DNA of 64,000 bases from contig OX597830.1 of assembly GCA_951406725.2 (NCBI GenBank), positions 21,824,001 through 21,888,000 of the forward strand. Direction: 5' to 3'. Shown here one piece after another: positions 24,831 through 37,555 of this stretch (the stretch's first letter is position 1; every line of letters starts with the position of its first letter). The notes under the pieces were generated by a model. That model was not told the DNA's origin. It did not search any database and saw only the letters and a program-made list of their open reading frames with translations. The position numbers were made by a program, and so were the translations under genes. The stretch comes from Octopus vulgaris (lineage: Eukaryota).

Positions 24831-25364
24831 CATTATTACTGCTATCACCACCACTACTACTACTACTACTATTACACTATTGTTATTATTATTATTATTA
24901 TTATCATCAACAACAAATTCTCGCTAACAAGCTATGCTCAGACATTTCTTCTCAATCAATCATTTTTTTCTCTCTTCCTATCGTTTCTGAACTCGATCCA
25001 TTTTATTATATAAGCCTGATCCAAGATCTCCAAAAATGATCCATTAGTTGTAAACTTGATCTCTGTTATTAGACATAATTCCAAAGCCTGATGTTTTGCA
25101 GATGCTGTCCGAAGCTCGCGAATCTTCATGAATGGGTGTACGCGTTTATATGAGTGTGCATACGCTTGCGTATTTATGTATAATCATAGTTACGTTGTTC
25201 CTATTGTTATTGCCATGTCGTCCCTTATCGGCCCTGATCAAACAGACCTATGACATGTAGGTAGTTTATCAAACGACGGGGTCAATCCACAGGCCTGCTG
25301 TGTTAAATATAACCCAGCCGTTTTGAGGAGCGCTCTGCATGTAATGACGTTAAAAAAAAATAAT

Positions 25365-25690
25365 ACCCCTTTGGTCATGAATGACCATGGGATTGCACCT
25401 AGAAAAGTTACCCTCCGAGGAACAAGTCCGGGTAAGGTTGTTCATGGACGACCAGCAGTCACCCATGCATAGCAACCTCCCCTCTCCACACCACTGATTT
25501 TATCCAAGGGAAAGGCAGATACAGCTTGGCTCCAGCTTGGCAACTCATTTTCACAGCTGAGTGAACTGGAGCAACGTGGAATAAAGTGTCTTGCTCAAGA
25601 ACACAACGCATGGCCCGGTCCGGGAATCGAACTCACTACGTCATGACTGTGAGCCCGATGTTCTAACCACTAAGCCATGCGTCTTCACAT
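25365..25690 (-). mobile_element. tRNA SINE with Meta-like central domain
   Basis: Minus strand gcatggcttagtggttag...gagttcgattcc...gtgttcttgagcaagacactttattccacgttgctccagttcactcagctg. Confidence 0.75.
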
Positions 25691-26157
25691 GTAATGACGT
25701 ATAAGGTAGTTAAGCTTATGGGGCATAAACTATGATAATCCGGGCCTGTTGCTTTAAAAAAACACGATTCTGTGTTAGTATATCTTTCTATCTTTACTTG
25801 TTTCAGTCACTGAGCTGCGGCCATGCTGGGGCACCGCCTTGAAGAATTTTAGTCGAACAAATCTAACATAGTATTTATGTTTTCTTTTTATACCTGGGAC
25901 TTAATCAGTATCTTTTTGCCGAACACCTGAATTACGGAGATGCAAACAAACTTACACCGGTTGTCAAGGGGTTGGAGTTTATCAAACATAGACACACACA
26001 CACACACACACAAACACACACACGCACACACACATACATACACACATATATAAATGTTAACTCCTGCTAGACCGTCGATGTAAGGACAACGAAACTCAAA
26101 CCCCGTAATCTCAGGGGGGTTATTTTTTAAGGGCCGATTAATTTGGGCCCCACCGAC

Positions 26158-26195
<38 letters not shown>

Positions 26196-26197
<2 letters not shown>

Positions 26198-26630
26198 TTT
26201 TATTCTTTTACTTGCTTCAGTCATTTGACTGCGGTCATGCTGGACCACCGCCTTTAGTCGAACAAATCGACCCCAGGACTTATTCTTTGTAAGCCTAGTA
26301 CTTACTCTATTGGTCTTTTTTGCTGAACCGCTAAGTTACAGGGACATAAACACACCAACATCAGCTGTCAAGTGATGTACGAGTGACAAACACAGACACA
26401 TACATACATACATACATACATACATACATACATACATACATACATACATACATACATACATGTATATACGACGGGATTCTTTCAGTTTCCGTCTACCGAA
26501 TCCACTCACAAGGCTTTGGGCGGCCCGAGGCTATAGTAGAAGACACTTGCCCAGCATGTCACGCAGTGGGACTAAACCCAGAACCATGTGGTTGGGAAGC
26601 AAGCTTCTTACTACATAGCCACTCCTGCGC
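26196..26630 (-). mobile_element. Family A SINE, full length
   Basis: Head ggcgcaggagtggct, internal (TATG)n and tail aagtaaaagaataaaaga. Neighbouring partial copies lie at 25790-25990 and 26690-26850. Confidence 0.85.
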
Positions 26631-27353
26631 CTCTGTGTGTGTGTGTGTGTGTGTGCGTGCGTGTGCGTGTGCGTGTGTGTGTGTATGTGTGTGTACGACG
26701 GGTTTCTGCACTTATTCCGTCGACCAAATTCATTCACAAGGCATTTATTGACCCGGGTATATAGTAGAAGTCACTAACCCAAAGCGCCAACGTAACGGGA
26801 TCGAATCCGAAACCGCGTACTCGCAAAGCGTGCATCTTAACTACGCTACCGTTGTTGTTGTTGCTGCTGCTGCTGCTGCTGTTGTTGTAGTTGTATCAGT
26901 CGCTACTGTTGTTGTTGTTTAAGGTTAGTTCTGCTCATGCAGGTCTCTGAGATATGCGTTCCAAATGTCCATCCCATGTTATTTTTTTTAGAAAATGTAT
27001 TTTCCAATGTGTTTTTTTTTCCCGTTTTTAAGATGTATTTCGAGTGCAATTTGACAGCTACTTCAAGCAGTCTGAATGACCACTTACAGCTCCCACCGTC
27101 GGGTCGTGTATCACACTGGTAAGTCGAAATGATCGACAGACACAGCGGAGACAAGCAAAGTGGATCGGTCAGACAGAAACAATTGCTTCCTTTTGTTTTG
27201 CCCATTTGTAACCCAATAAAAGGTGTGTTGTGAATCTGAGAACTGATGGTGCTGCTATATTTGGGCACGTGCTTGGAACCAGGATTCTGGATGGATTACA
27301 ACAGGCCAAGACAAAAAAAAATCTAATGGAGAGAGAGCGATCCGTTTTCATTT

Positions 27354-27384
<31 letters not shown>

Positions 27385-27752
27385 TGTAATGGGACTTGTG
27401 AGATTATAGCTATCGTCGATAGACAGCCTACTAACATTCCTCCTCCTCCTACTACTACTACTACTACTACAACTACAACTACTACTACTACTACTGCTGC
27501 TGCTGCTACTGCTGCTGCTGCTGCTACTGCTGCCCCTCCTCCTCCTACTGCTGCTACTACTAATACTAATACTATTGATATTAAAACTAATACAATTACT
27601 ACTGATGATAATGATGGTGATGATGATGATGATGATGATGATGCTGATGATGATGATTATGATGACGGCGAATGCGATGACGACGATGATGATGATGATG
27701 ACGATGATGATTCTGCTGCTACTACTACTACTACTACTACTACAACTACTAC

Positions 27753-27839
<87 letters not shown>

Positions 27840-28015
27840 TAATAGTGCCATTTCAAATGCTGCCAATACTGCTGCTGCTGCTACTACTACTACAACTACT
27901 ACTACACCTGCTGCTGCTACAAATTAACGTCATCTTTCGAGAATGTATTTGCAATGCAAGCTGACCATTCTGTTTTTATCGGTTGATCTCTGATCGTAAT
28001 CAAGTGTCTATTCCT

Positions 28016-28112
<97 letters not shown>

Positions 28113-28179
28113 CATACATACATACATACATACATACATACATAATCTAGTTGCACCATGTAGTAAAGTCGCAGCCTAC

Positions 28180-28285
28180 GTTTATAAACGGAAGTGAAGA
28201 TAAGCAGTGTTTCTCATATTTATATTGTATAACTGTGAACACAATGACCTCCGATGTGGTGCGGAAGTGTACAAATGGCGAATAT
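28180..28285 (+). promoter_or_regulatory. Candidate promoter (2 ETS plus YY1-type motif)
   Basis: TTTATAAA at 28181, CGGAAGTG at 28189 and 28262, CAAATGGCG at 28272. Confidence 0.3.
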
Positions 28286-30021
28286 TCCATGACTTTTAAC
28301 TCGTCCTTGTGTAAATCCAAAGGACTAATGCTTTCAAAAAGACATTACTATCGGTAATTTAGAAATAAAGTTCCAATTATTCCTTCTGAGAAATGTAATG
28401 TCCTTTCGTCTTCTGCGAGTATTGGCGCGTGTGGTCGAATGGTTCAGAAGTTCGCTTTCCAACCATGAAATCCTGGTTTCGATTCCGATGCATGGCATCT
28501 TCGGGAAGTATTATTTTTAATAACCTTGCGTCGTAAAAAGGGAGAGTAAGTCGCCCCTTCCGTCCGTATACCGGGGTGGTACCTTGAGACAGTGCCAGCA
28601 ATCGTTTAGCCTCTCGTGTTAGTGATACATTGAAAGACGTCGGCAGCAGGATGTTGGATGATCGACCAACCGGAGGAGTCCTAGAGCAACGAATTAAAGG
28701 CCAGGTGGAAGATCTGTACCATCAGACAACGATTGGACGTCAACTAGCAAGTGAGCTGCTATTGCGAGGTAGCCTCATCATTGGCTATGCTTATTGCACT
28801 CTTCTACACCAACTGGTAATTGGAGGCCCAGAGGGGTAGTATGGCGAGGGAACGACGCTAATTGCCTTACACACCGTGTAAAGGCGTTTTGTTACTGAAC
28901 AGAACAGAACAATCAACGTGGACCTCAGACGGATCGCCGAGGGTCGACTCATACTTTACAGGTATAATCCTTCTGATGGGCTTCTTGCCAGTTTCCGTTT
29001 ACTCCAATTATACATGGTGTCCGGCTGATTTCGCGTGAGGGTTACATTAGGATCACTCGTGTTTGGAATACTCAACCATTTTCATGCTAATTTAATGAGC
29101 CTCATAGTTTAGTTGATCGAACACCTGAACATTTACGGTCGGAAATTCTAACCGAGAGCCATTTATTTTTAGCTCTTTAGAATTCAAAGCAACCAAATAC
29201 TGCTACACACCGATATCCTACGTCATTTTCAAACACGTCTGCTCATGTATTATATATATTACGTCTTCATTCTCGCATCGCTATTTCACTAAAGACCAGT
29301 TTTCACTGACGAGGACTGATTATGCCGAAACATGTTCCGAGTTATCTCCCGTACGTCGCGAAATTATCAAAATAATTAGAGTCAGTGAGTTAACATTGAC
29401 TTTCTCTGAGCACATCATTATATCTAATGAGATTTTTTTTTAATTATCCCTTCATTAAGTATGTTAATACAAGCTTAACTATTTCTATTCTAGTTAGCTG
29501 CCCTCGTAGCAATGATGTATTTGTCCCGCATCTGTTGTTGAAGCGTTTTGTTTTTTGGGGGGTTTTTTGTTCTTTACGTGACTGAATATATTAGTATTCT
29601 TTTTATAACAAATTTTAGCGAAAAAAATGATAAATATCTTTGAAATTAATTCTAGTAAGCGCCATACAAAATTGATAAATATCTTCGAAATTAATTGCAA
29701 GAACCGCACAAGATTAAATATTAGTTCGACTGATTGTCGCCGTCGTTGTCGTCGTCGTCGTCGTCGTTGTCGTCGGACCCAAGTCCACTCTGATCCACCA
29801 AACCTTTGATCAATGGCCGCCCAATCTGGTTTCTGTTTGTTTGTTTGTTTGTTTGTTTCATACAGGAGCAGGTGTGGCTGAGAAGTTTACTTCCAAATCA
29901 TGTGGCGTTGGGTACAGTCCCACTGCTCGGCACTTTACAGAAGTGTCTATTACTATAGCCCAGGGCCGACCAAAGCCTTGTGAGTGGATTTAGTGAATTC
30001 AAACCGAAAGAAGCCAGTCGA

Positions 30022-30084
<63 letters not shown>

Positions 30085-30089
<5 letters not shown>

Positions 30090-30379
30090 GTTTGTTCCTT
30101 CTCGAGCCTGGCTCATAGGGCCGGTTTCCCGGTTTCCTTGGCGTATAGGTTCCCCACCTGGACGCTGGTCCGTCGCAGGTGAGCTGCAAGATGCAGGAGG
30201 AGGACAGAGTGAGAGAAAGCTGTGGCGAAATAGTCAGCAGAAGTTCGCCATTACCTTATGCCGGACCCGCGTGGGGCTTAGGTGCTTCGCTCATAAACAC
30301 ACACATCGCCCGGTCTGAGATTCGAACCCGCGATCCCTCGACCGCGAGTCCGCTGCTCTAACCACTAGGCCAAGTGCCT

Positions 30380-30380
<1 letters not shown>
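30085..30380 (-). mobile_element. tRNA-derived SINE, family C (V-domain-like)
   Basis: Head ggaggcacttggcctagtggttagagcagcggactcgcggtcgagggatcgcgggttcgaatc and body cctgcgacggaccagcgtccagg. A second copy is at 62465-62758 and a partial one at 38090-38235. Confidence 0.85.
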
Positions 30381-30421
<41 letters not shown>

Positions 30422-30639
30422 GCATGCATATATACAGAGAGAGAGAGACAGACAGACAGACACTAACCCAAGGCGCCGCGTCACGGGATCGAAACCGAAA
30501 CCGCGTAGTCGCAAAGCGTGCATCTTAACTACACTGCCATTGTTGTTATTGTTGCTGTTACTGTAGTTGTAGCTGTCGTTGTTGCTGTTGTTGTTGTTGT
30601 TGTAGCTGTCGCTGCTGTTGTTGTTTAAGGTTAGCAATT

Positions 30640-30730
30640 TCAACCAATCAATGACGTCCATTGAGGTGAATACAATTACTGATGTTGTTTGTCAACAAGT
30701 TCAACAACAACTTCCGGCGGTCAAAATGAG
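30640..30730. promoter_or_regulatory. Candidate promoter (CCAAT, CRE and ETS)
   Basis: AACCAATCA at 30642, TGACGTC at 30652 and ACTTCCGG at 30710. Confidence 0.3.
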
Positions 30731-31808
30731 AAGTGAAAAGATCCTAAGCCCGTCGTATATATGTATATATCTCTGCATATGTGTGTGTGTGTGTCCCACT
30801 GTGGGAGTTGGTTTGTTTACGTCCCAGTAACTTCACAGTTTGGCAAAAGATACCGACAGAATAAGTGTCAAGCTATAAAAAATTAATTACTGGGACTGAT
30901 TCGTTCCACTAAACTCGTCAAGGTGGTGTACCAGCATGACTGTTGCTATTATACAGAGAGAGAAAGAGAGAGGGAGAGACGAAGAGAGAGAGGGGGACGA
31001 AGAGAGAGAGAGACGAAGAGAGATAGAGACGAAGAGAGGGAGAGACGGGAGAGAGAGAGAGAGACAAACAGACAATGCAACATGTGCACATGTATGTGTG
31101 TGTAAATGTACGTATGTATATTATATACATATATATATATATATACGTTTACCACATGTGTGTGTGTGTATTTATATATATATATATGTATATATTTATA
31201 TACACACACACACGCACATACAAATCATATATGTTCCGTTACATCTGCTTTTGTTTCATTATGTAACAACATTATTAATATCAGACTATTTAGTTGGATT
31301 CCTACAGCCTGGTTACTAACACTCTGTTCCACTATTGTACAACGGAAAAATATTGATACTTCATAATAATATCATTGTTCACATTGATTGATAGTATATT
31401 GGAGTTTATATTAAGTACACACGCTTGAAACATACTCTTTCTTCCTTTGTCTCTCCTCGTTTGATCAAGTCGTTATTTTAGTTACTAAGAGAAATAAATA
31501 TATTACAGCGAGTCATGCAAATGTTTTGTAGTCCCGTTGGACGAAAATGGCGAATGCGTTTCTCTGAAGAACGGCGTAGGAGATGCGTTGAATGAAGAAG
31601 CAATTCTACTTCGTGAAGCTCTTTCTTGCAGATGGTTATCTATCTCTATCCCAATCACAATGAGTAGGGAAGAAAAAAAACGAAACAAAAATGCTGGCTA
31701 AGTGGTAAGAGGTTTGCTTTCCAGCCAAATGGTTCCGGGTTCACAAAGCTCACCAAAGCCTTATGAACGGATTTGGTAGACGTAAAACTGAAAGAAGCTA
31801 GTCGTATA

Positions 31809-31853
<45 letters not shown>

Positions 31854-31893
31854 GAGAGTATTGTAGTTCGCTTGAAGCATTGTGTATTGTTTG

Positions 31894-32153
31894 TAAAGAA
31901 TAAAAAGTTTTGAATGGTACAACAATGCACTATAATATAGACAATGTTGTAATTTAGTCATCTATAAGTCTGATATGATATTTCGGAATATTCCTTCTTC
32001 AGATGTTCTTAGTTGGAGTCGATGCTATACTGAAGAAGGGATATTATTCCGAAATATCATATCAGACTATGGATGAATATATTACAACAGGTAAATAGCC
32101 CATTGACAATATTATAGTGCATTGTTGTACCATTCAAAACTTTTTATTCTTTA
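31894..32153. mobile_element. Fold-back element with degenerate HHR cores in both arms
   Basis: Inverted arms at 31894-32002 and 32030-32153. Each begins CTGAAGA-a-gg(g/a)a..ttcc-GAAA-tatcata-TC-agact, and the 5' strand of stem I is missing. Confidence 0.6.
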
Positions 32154-32155
32154 TA

Positions 32156-32552
32156 TCTTTATATATAAAAGTAAGGTTGTGTGTCTGTCTCCTACGATTT
32201 AGATTCCTAACTACTCCCACATTTTGCGGTGCAGTTTAACCAAAACCGGGCATCTTATAGTCGTGATTCATATCGAGCCCTTCTGGGTATTAGCGCGCGT
32301 CTACGATGAGTCTACGATTTAAAAAATAATTTACCATCATTTTTTTCCATTTTAATGCATTTTTTCGCTATTATATGAGGGAAGTAACTCTCTAAAAATG
32401 TCTACGATGAGTCAACGATTTTTAAAAATATTTACCATCATTTTTTTTCCATTTTTAATGCATTTTCTTGCTATTTTTTGGCTATAACTCTCTAAAAATG
32501 CTTATATAGTTATTTCCCTTACAAACCTGAGCAACGCCGGGCGATACTGCTA

Positions 32553-32553
<1 letters not shown>
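32156..32553 (+). mobile_element. Non-autonomous Helitron (398 bp)
   Basis: A|TC start, 3' hairpin cctgagcaacgccggg plus ctgCTAG|T (same terminus type as the 22104 element), and an internal ~100-bp tandem duplication. Confidence 0.85.
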
Positions 32554-32613
<60 letters not shown>

Positions 32614-32963
32614 ACATAAGGGACGTTAGCCATCTGAATGTGGCTAGGGACAGGGCAGGGCGGTGGGGGTGTTACTGATGCATTTAGCCCCAGGCGATCA
32701 TCAACGTCACCAGGAGGGCTGACGCCATCACGGCGTCCTCTAGCCTGCAAAGGGAGATCATCCCCCGAAGAAGCGGATGCCACATACGGACCTAGGTTTC
32801 AAGGTATTTGCCTATTATCAACGCATGGCAGGCACCGCTCCTCGACGAACAACTCTCTGTGCAGGATATATATAAAGATTTTCACAGTAAATACATTTAC
32901 TGATGTAGAAAATCCGTTCGACAGCAATAATAATTCTCTATCTCGTTTAGAGAATTATTATTG

Positions 32964-33003
<40 letters not shown>

Positions 33004-33008
<5 letters not shown>

Positions 33009-33510
33009 AACATAATAAATAATATTAGGGTAATAAGAATTATAGAAATTATTATTACCAGTGGCCTAGCACAAAAAATTAGTCAATAGACTATATATTA
33101 TTTACATAAAAATATCGTGTACATTAAAACACATTAAGAGGCTTCCATATAGGAAAGCCTTGTGCTAGAAAGAGCAGTAGAAAACTCAAACCACTAATTA
33201 GGGATACATTCTCGAAAGGAATGAAAATAAAAACGTTTACCATCTAATTTAGTTCCTAGACCATGGTTTCTGACTAATTTCAGTAAAGAAATATTTACTG
33301 AGGTCAGTCCTCATCAGTAGGTAGCCTTTAGATTTTAAATATACACACAACTAGATCCGCATGTAAACTCGCTGCCTGTATATTCTAACTTTTCAAATCC
33401 ACTGCGCAGATGCAGTTTATTTCCGGCGACAGAGAGGATGCCGGTAAAATTTCGAACAAATTTATCAAAAAATATTTAAACATAATAAATAATATTACGG
33501 TAATAAGAAC
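33004..33510 (-). mobile_element. Solo/partial-tandem PLE pLTR-like element with hammerhead, within (TA)n
   Basis: ~35-bp terminal direct repeat tttaaacataataaataatatta(g/c)ggtaataagaa at ~33005 and ~33475, with an internal HHR. Confidence 0.7.
33255..33321 (-). ncRNA. Type I hammerhead ribozyme with long stem II
   Basis: ccta-CTGATGA-g-gactgacctcagtaaa tatttc tttactgaaattagtc-a-GAAA-cc at gg-TC-tagg. Perfect stem I, palindromic stem III ACCATGGT and a GUC site. Confidence 0.85.
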
Positions 33511-33930
33511 ATATATATGCTGGAGTGAGACAGCATGTTCTTTGTCTATCTCCTTAACTTCTTGGAGATTTTAGATATAATTATACTAATGTGTACACAC
33601 ACACGCGCACACACACGCACGCACGCACACACACACACACGTCGAGCTTCCACGCAGTTTCAGTCTGCCAAATTCACTCGGAAGGCACTGGTCGACCAGA
33701 GCCATAGTAGAAGACATTTGCCCAAGTTTCCGCGTAATAAAATTGAACCCGAGACGACGTGGCAGCAAAGCATACAGCTGAACCACACAGCTATGCCTGT
33801 GTATGAACGAGGGAGTCCCTAAGTAAGTATTAAGTAAAACAGGTTCTACTTTGATAAAATTACTATCATGTTGTAGTCCTCTTGTTCTATCGAGTTGCAT
33901 TTGGCATGGTGCAGGAGGCGCTACCAGTCT

Positions 33931-34305
33931 TATAACTTCTGCCTTAGCGAAGGCGGAGGTATTGTTTTCAGTTGTATTTGATTATTTGTTTGTTAGTCCG
34001 TGGACAAGATATCTGAAGAATCGCTTTATGGATTCTGATGAAACTTTCAAGGATGTTTTGCCTCGTGATTGGCACGAACTGATTAGATTTTGGGATCGAT
34101 CCGGTACCGGACAAGGATTCTGGATTATTTTTCCTGCTTTTTATTTAAATTTTGAGAGCGGTCGGGTGCATTTTTAGCATTCTCGTTTGTGAGAGCAGTC
34201 GAGTTTATTTCAGATATTCTCATTTTATTTAAGATCATCTCCCACTAAATCGTTGAGAAGACGATGTTGCCTTGGCGGAGGTTTGCGCTCTCTGAGTGCT
34301 CTTGT
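33931..34305 (+). mobile_element. Helentron-associated non-autonomous element (HINE/DINE-1-like)
   Basis: 5' acttctgcc..ggcggaggt sub-terminal IR, a (GTTT)-type tract, a 3' ggcggaggt, then stem-loop gcgctc-tct-gagtgc and TT. Confidence 0.75.
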
Positions 34306-34639
34306 TAATAATAGAATGTGTTGCTTTGGTTTTTTTTTTTTTTTGTATGTCCCTATAACTTAGCTGTTCGGCAACAGATACTGATAGGATAGGTAGGAAA
34401 CTTAAAATGAATATGTACTAGTGTCGGTTTATTCGGTTAAATCCGTCAAGACTGCAGTCCATTGACTGAAATAAATAAACGATAAAAGAATAAATCTGGA
34501 CAACCTACACAAGAGATGCATGCAAGTCTCCTCCACTTCACGCCACGGATATTTATCCAAAGGGAAAGGCCGCTGATATGCACCGATTCAGCTGTGAACC
34601 GGTGTTGCTGCATGAGTTGTTGTCAGCACAAATGAGCCA

Positions 34640-35285
34640 GAACAAACACCACAAGGCATCTTATTCTATCCTCCAACAGTTCCGCCAATTCCTCGCCCTC
34701 GATCGATGTTTTTAATCAACCTTGAAAGGATAAAAACTAAAGTTGACCTCGGCAGCATTTGAACTCAAAACGTAAAGAGTCGGAAGAAACACTGCGAGGC
34801 ATCTTGCCCGACACTCTAAACAGTTCTGCCAATCCACCGCCCAGAATCGATATTTGATTTCATCGAACCTGAAATGATAAAACGCAAAGTTGACCTCGGC
34901 GAGATTTGAACTCAAAACACAGGGGATCGGAACAAACACTGCGAGACGTTTAGATCCACCCGTCTAAACAGTTCTGCCAATCCACCGCCCAGAATCGATA
35001 TTTTATTTCATCGAACCTGAAATGATAAAATGCAAAGTTGACCTCGGCGAGATTTGAACTCAAAACACAAGGGGATCGGAACAAACACTGCGAGGCGTTT
35101 AGATCCACCCGTCTAAACAGTTCTGCCAATCCACTGCCCTGGACTGGAATTTTTATTTTTATTTTTAACTTGAAAGAATAAAATACAAATTTGACGTCGG
35201 TGCGATTTGAACTCAGAACGCTGAAAGTCAGAACGATTAGTGTGAGGTATTTTATCCAAACGCTCTAACGACTCTGCCAATAAAC
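34640..35285 (-). repeat. Head-to-tail array of ~148-bp family B SINE heads
   Basis: gtt(c/t)tgccaat recurs at ~34679, 34823, 34971, 35120 and ~35271. The middle units are nearly identical. Confidence 0.8.
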
Positions 35286-35761
35286 CGGTTTATTAAATGC
35301 TTACGCTGGCTGATATCAGTTAACCCTTTCATGAGAAGCTAGTTTATGCATGTTTGCATACCATTTGCTGCGCATTGACCTTAATAGCAATGAGCCAATA
35401 AAAGCTATTATACTCTATTTAGGGACCACTTTACTCTTAAGTGTAAAGGGGCTACTTAATTTTTTATTTATTTGTTTGTTTATTCATTTCTTGCATCCCT
35501 GACCCAAATTCCTAAATGCAAAGAATACGATAGCGGAATTTGCACGACAGAGATAAGGAGAGGCGCGGTGAGAGGAAGGGGAGAAAGGAGAAAGAGTTAA
35601 ATGCAGAGTGAGCGCGCGTGTGTGGCAGTTAGTGAGTGAGTGAGTGATGAAGAGAGTGAGTGAATGAGTGAGTGATAAAGAGAGTAAGTGCATATGTGTG
35701 CGCATGGAAAATGCATGATAGTAATGTAAATATTAAGTGTATTGCTGATACAAACATACAG

Positions 35762-35794
<33 letters not shown>

Positions 35795-36442
35795 CATATA
35801 TGCACGCACAATCATGCACACATGAACACACACACATGCATAGCTACACATAAGTATGCACACATTCACACAAACTAACACGCACACATACACACAAAAC
35901 ACGTTGCAAACATCCGCGCGCAAACCATACAAACACAACGTCGAAGTTTGTAAGGTGTCGACTCTGTTGGGTTGGCCGGTCAGTCGGCTGGTTGATCGGT
36001 CGGTCGGTCGGTGGGCTGGTCGGCTGGTTGGATGGATGGATGGATGGATGGATGGATGGTGGTTGTTGTGGTGGTGGTGGTGGTGGTGGTGGTAATGGTG
36101 GTGGCGCAGGCGGTATTTTGCTAGTGAGGACGGGTCTGCCACTAGGTGTAGTGGTTGTGTTTGTGTGACGGGGTGGGGGGGGGGGCGACGTTGATAAGGG
36201 TAATATTACTGTTTATTGATGCTGACTGTAATGGTGGTAGTGATGATGACGATGATGATGACGATGATGATGATGATGATGATGATGGTGTTATGTGTAT
36301 GTGTATGTGAATATATGTGCATGTATATGGGCATGTGTGTAAGTGCGTATATATATGTATGACGTGCACGTGTCTGCGTGTGTATCTGTGTATGCTTGTG
36401 CCCTGTCCACATTTGTGTGTGTGTGTGCGCGTGCGTGTGTGT

Positions 36443-36488
<46 letters not shown>

Positions 36489-36678
36489 GTGTGTGTGTGT
36501 CTTCTTACGTATGTATATCCCCTGAGAACTACTGAAATGACATACAGAGTAACTGATACAACAGTTAATATTCGATATTTACAGCGACACCTACTGGTGA
36601 CAACTGGGAGTTAAATATTATAGTCAGAATAACGTCATTTCCTATATCTCTCTCTCTCACACACACACTATCTATCCC

Positions 36679-36745
<67 letters not shown>

Positions 36746-36889
36746 ATCTCTATATCTGTCTGTCTATCTATCTTCTATCTAACTACCTGTCGATATCGGT
36801 CTATCGGTAACATTCTGTCCTTATCAATCCATCCATCTATGTAATTATCTAAAATATGTCTAAAATGTGTCTTTATACCTATTACTAAC

Positions 36890-37003
<114 letters not shown>

Positions 37004-37444
37004 TGTATGTATGTATGAATGAATGTATGTATGTATGTATGTGTATATATATATATATATCAAGGGTTGAACAGAAAGAACACGAGGAAATACACACACG
37101 CACACACATAAGTGTGTGTGTGTGTGTGTATATATATATATTGATTTTGATTTTTCCAGTTTCAGCTAATGAGCTGTGGCCATGCTGGGGCACCGCCATT
37201 TATATATATAATTTACATAGATATTTATATGCACTTACACACACGTATACATATACTTATACATACCTATACACAATACTTAATGCATTGCGTGTTTTTT
37301 TAACTAAAGTTTAATTGCATTTATGATTATAAGTTAAACACAGACATTTCTCTCTGTCTCTCTCTCTCCCTCTCTCTCTCTCCTCTCTCCCCCCTCTCTC
37401 TCTCTCTAAATACTTATATAAGTAATAAAGTTGATGCCTGGTCA

Positions 37445-37504
37445 TAGAGTGACCAATGGTTTCGCATCCACGAAGGACGCAGCGAACGACTCATTAGAAC
37501 TCTA
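37445..37504 (-). ncRNA. Degenerate hammerhead ribozyme
   Basis: tagagt-t-CTAATGA-...gcgtcc ttcgt ggatgc-GAAA-cca t tgg-TC-actcta. Stem I has 6 bp, the site is GUC, and the core carries a G5A change. Confidence 0.65.
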
Positions 37505-37555
37505 GTTTGACTCTTCACCACTACGATCATTGGTCATATAGTCATCAAAGAATAA

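Noticed and set aside
29326-29356. CTGACGA-gg..cc-GAAACATGTT hammerhead-like motif
   Set aside because: Stem I cannot form and stem II is only 2 bp, so it cannot be distinguished from chance.
30300-30380. tRNA genes at SINE heads (also 14004, 62690, 25620)
   Set aside because: The acceptor stems are incomplete and run into SINE bodies, so these are tRNA-derived heads rather than tRNA genes.
34035-34045. ctgatgaaac (also on the minus strand near 23045)
   Set aside because: No stem II lies between the core halves. It is part of the common Helitron/HINE internal motif gattctgatgaaact.
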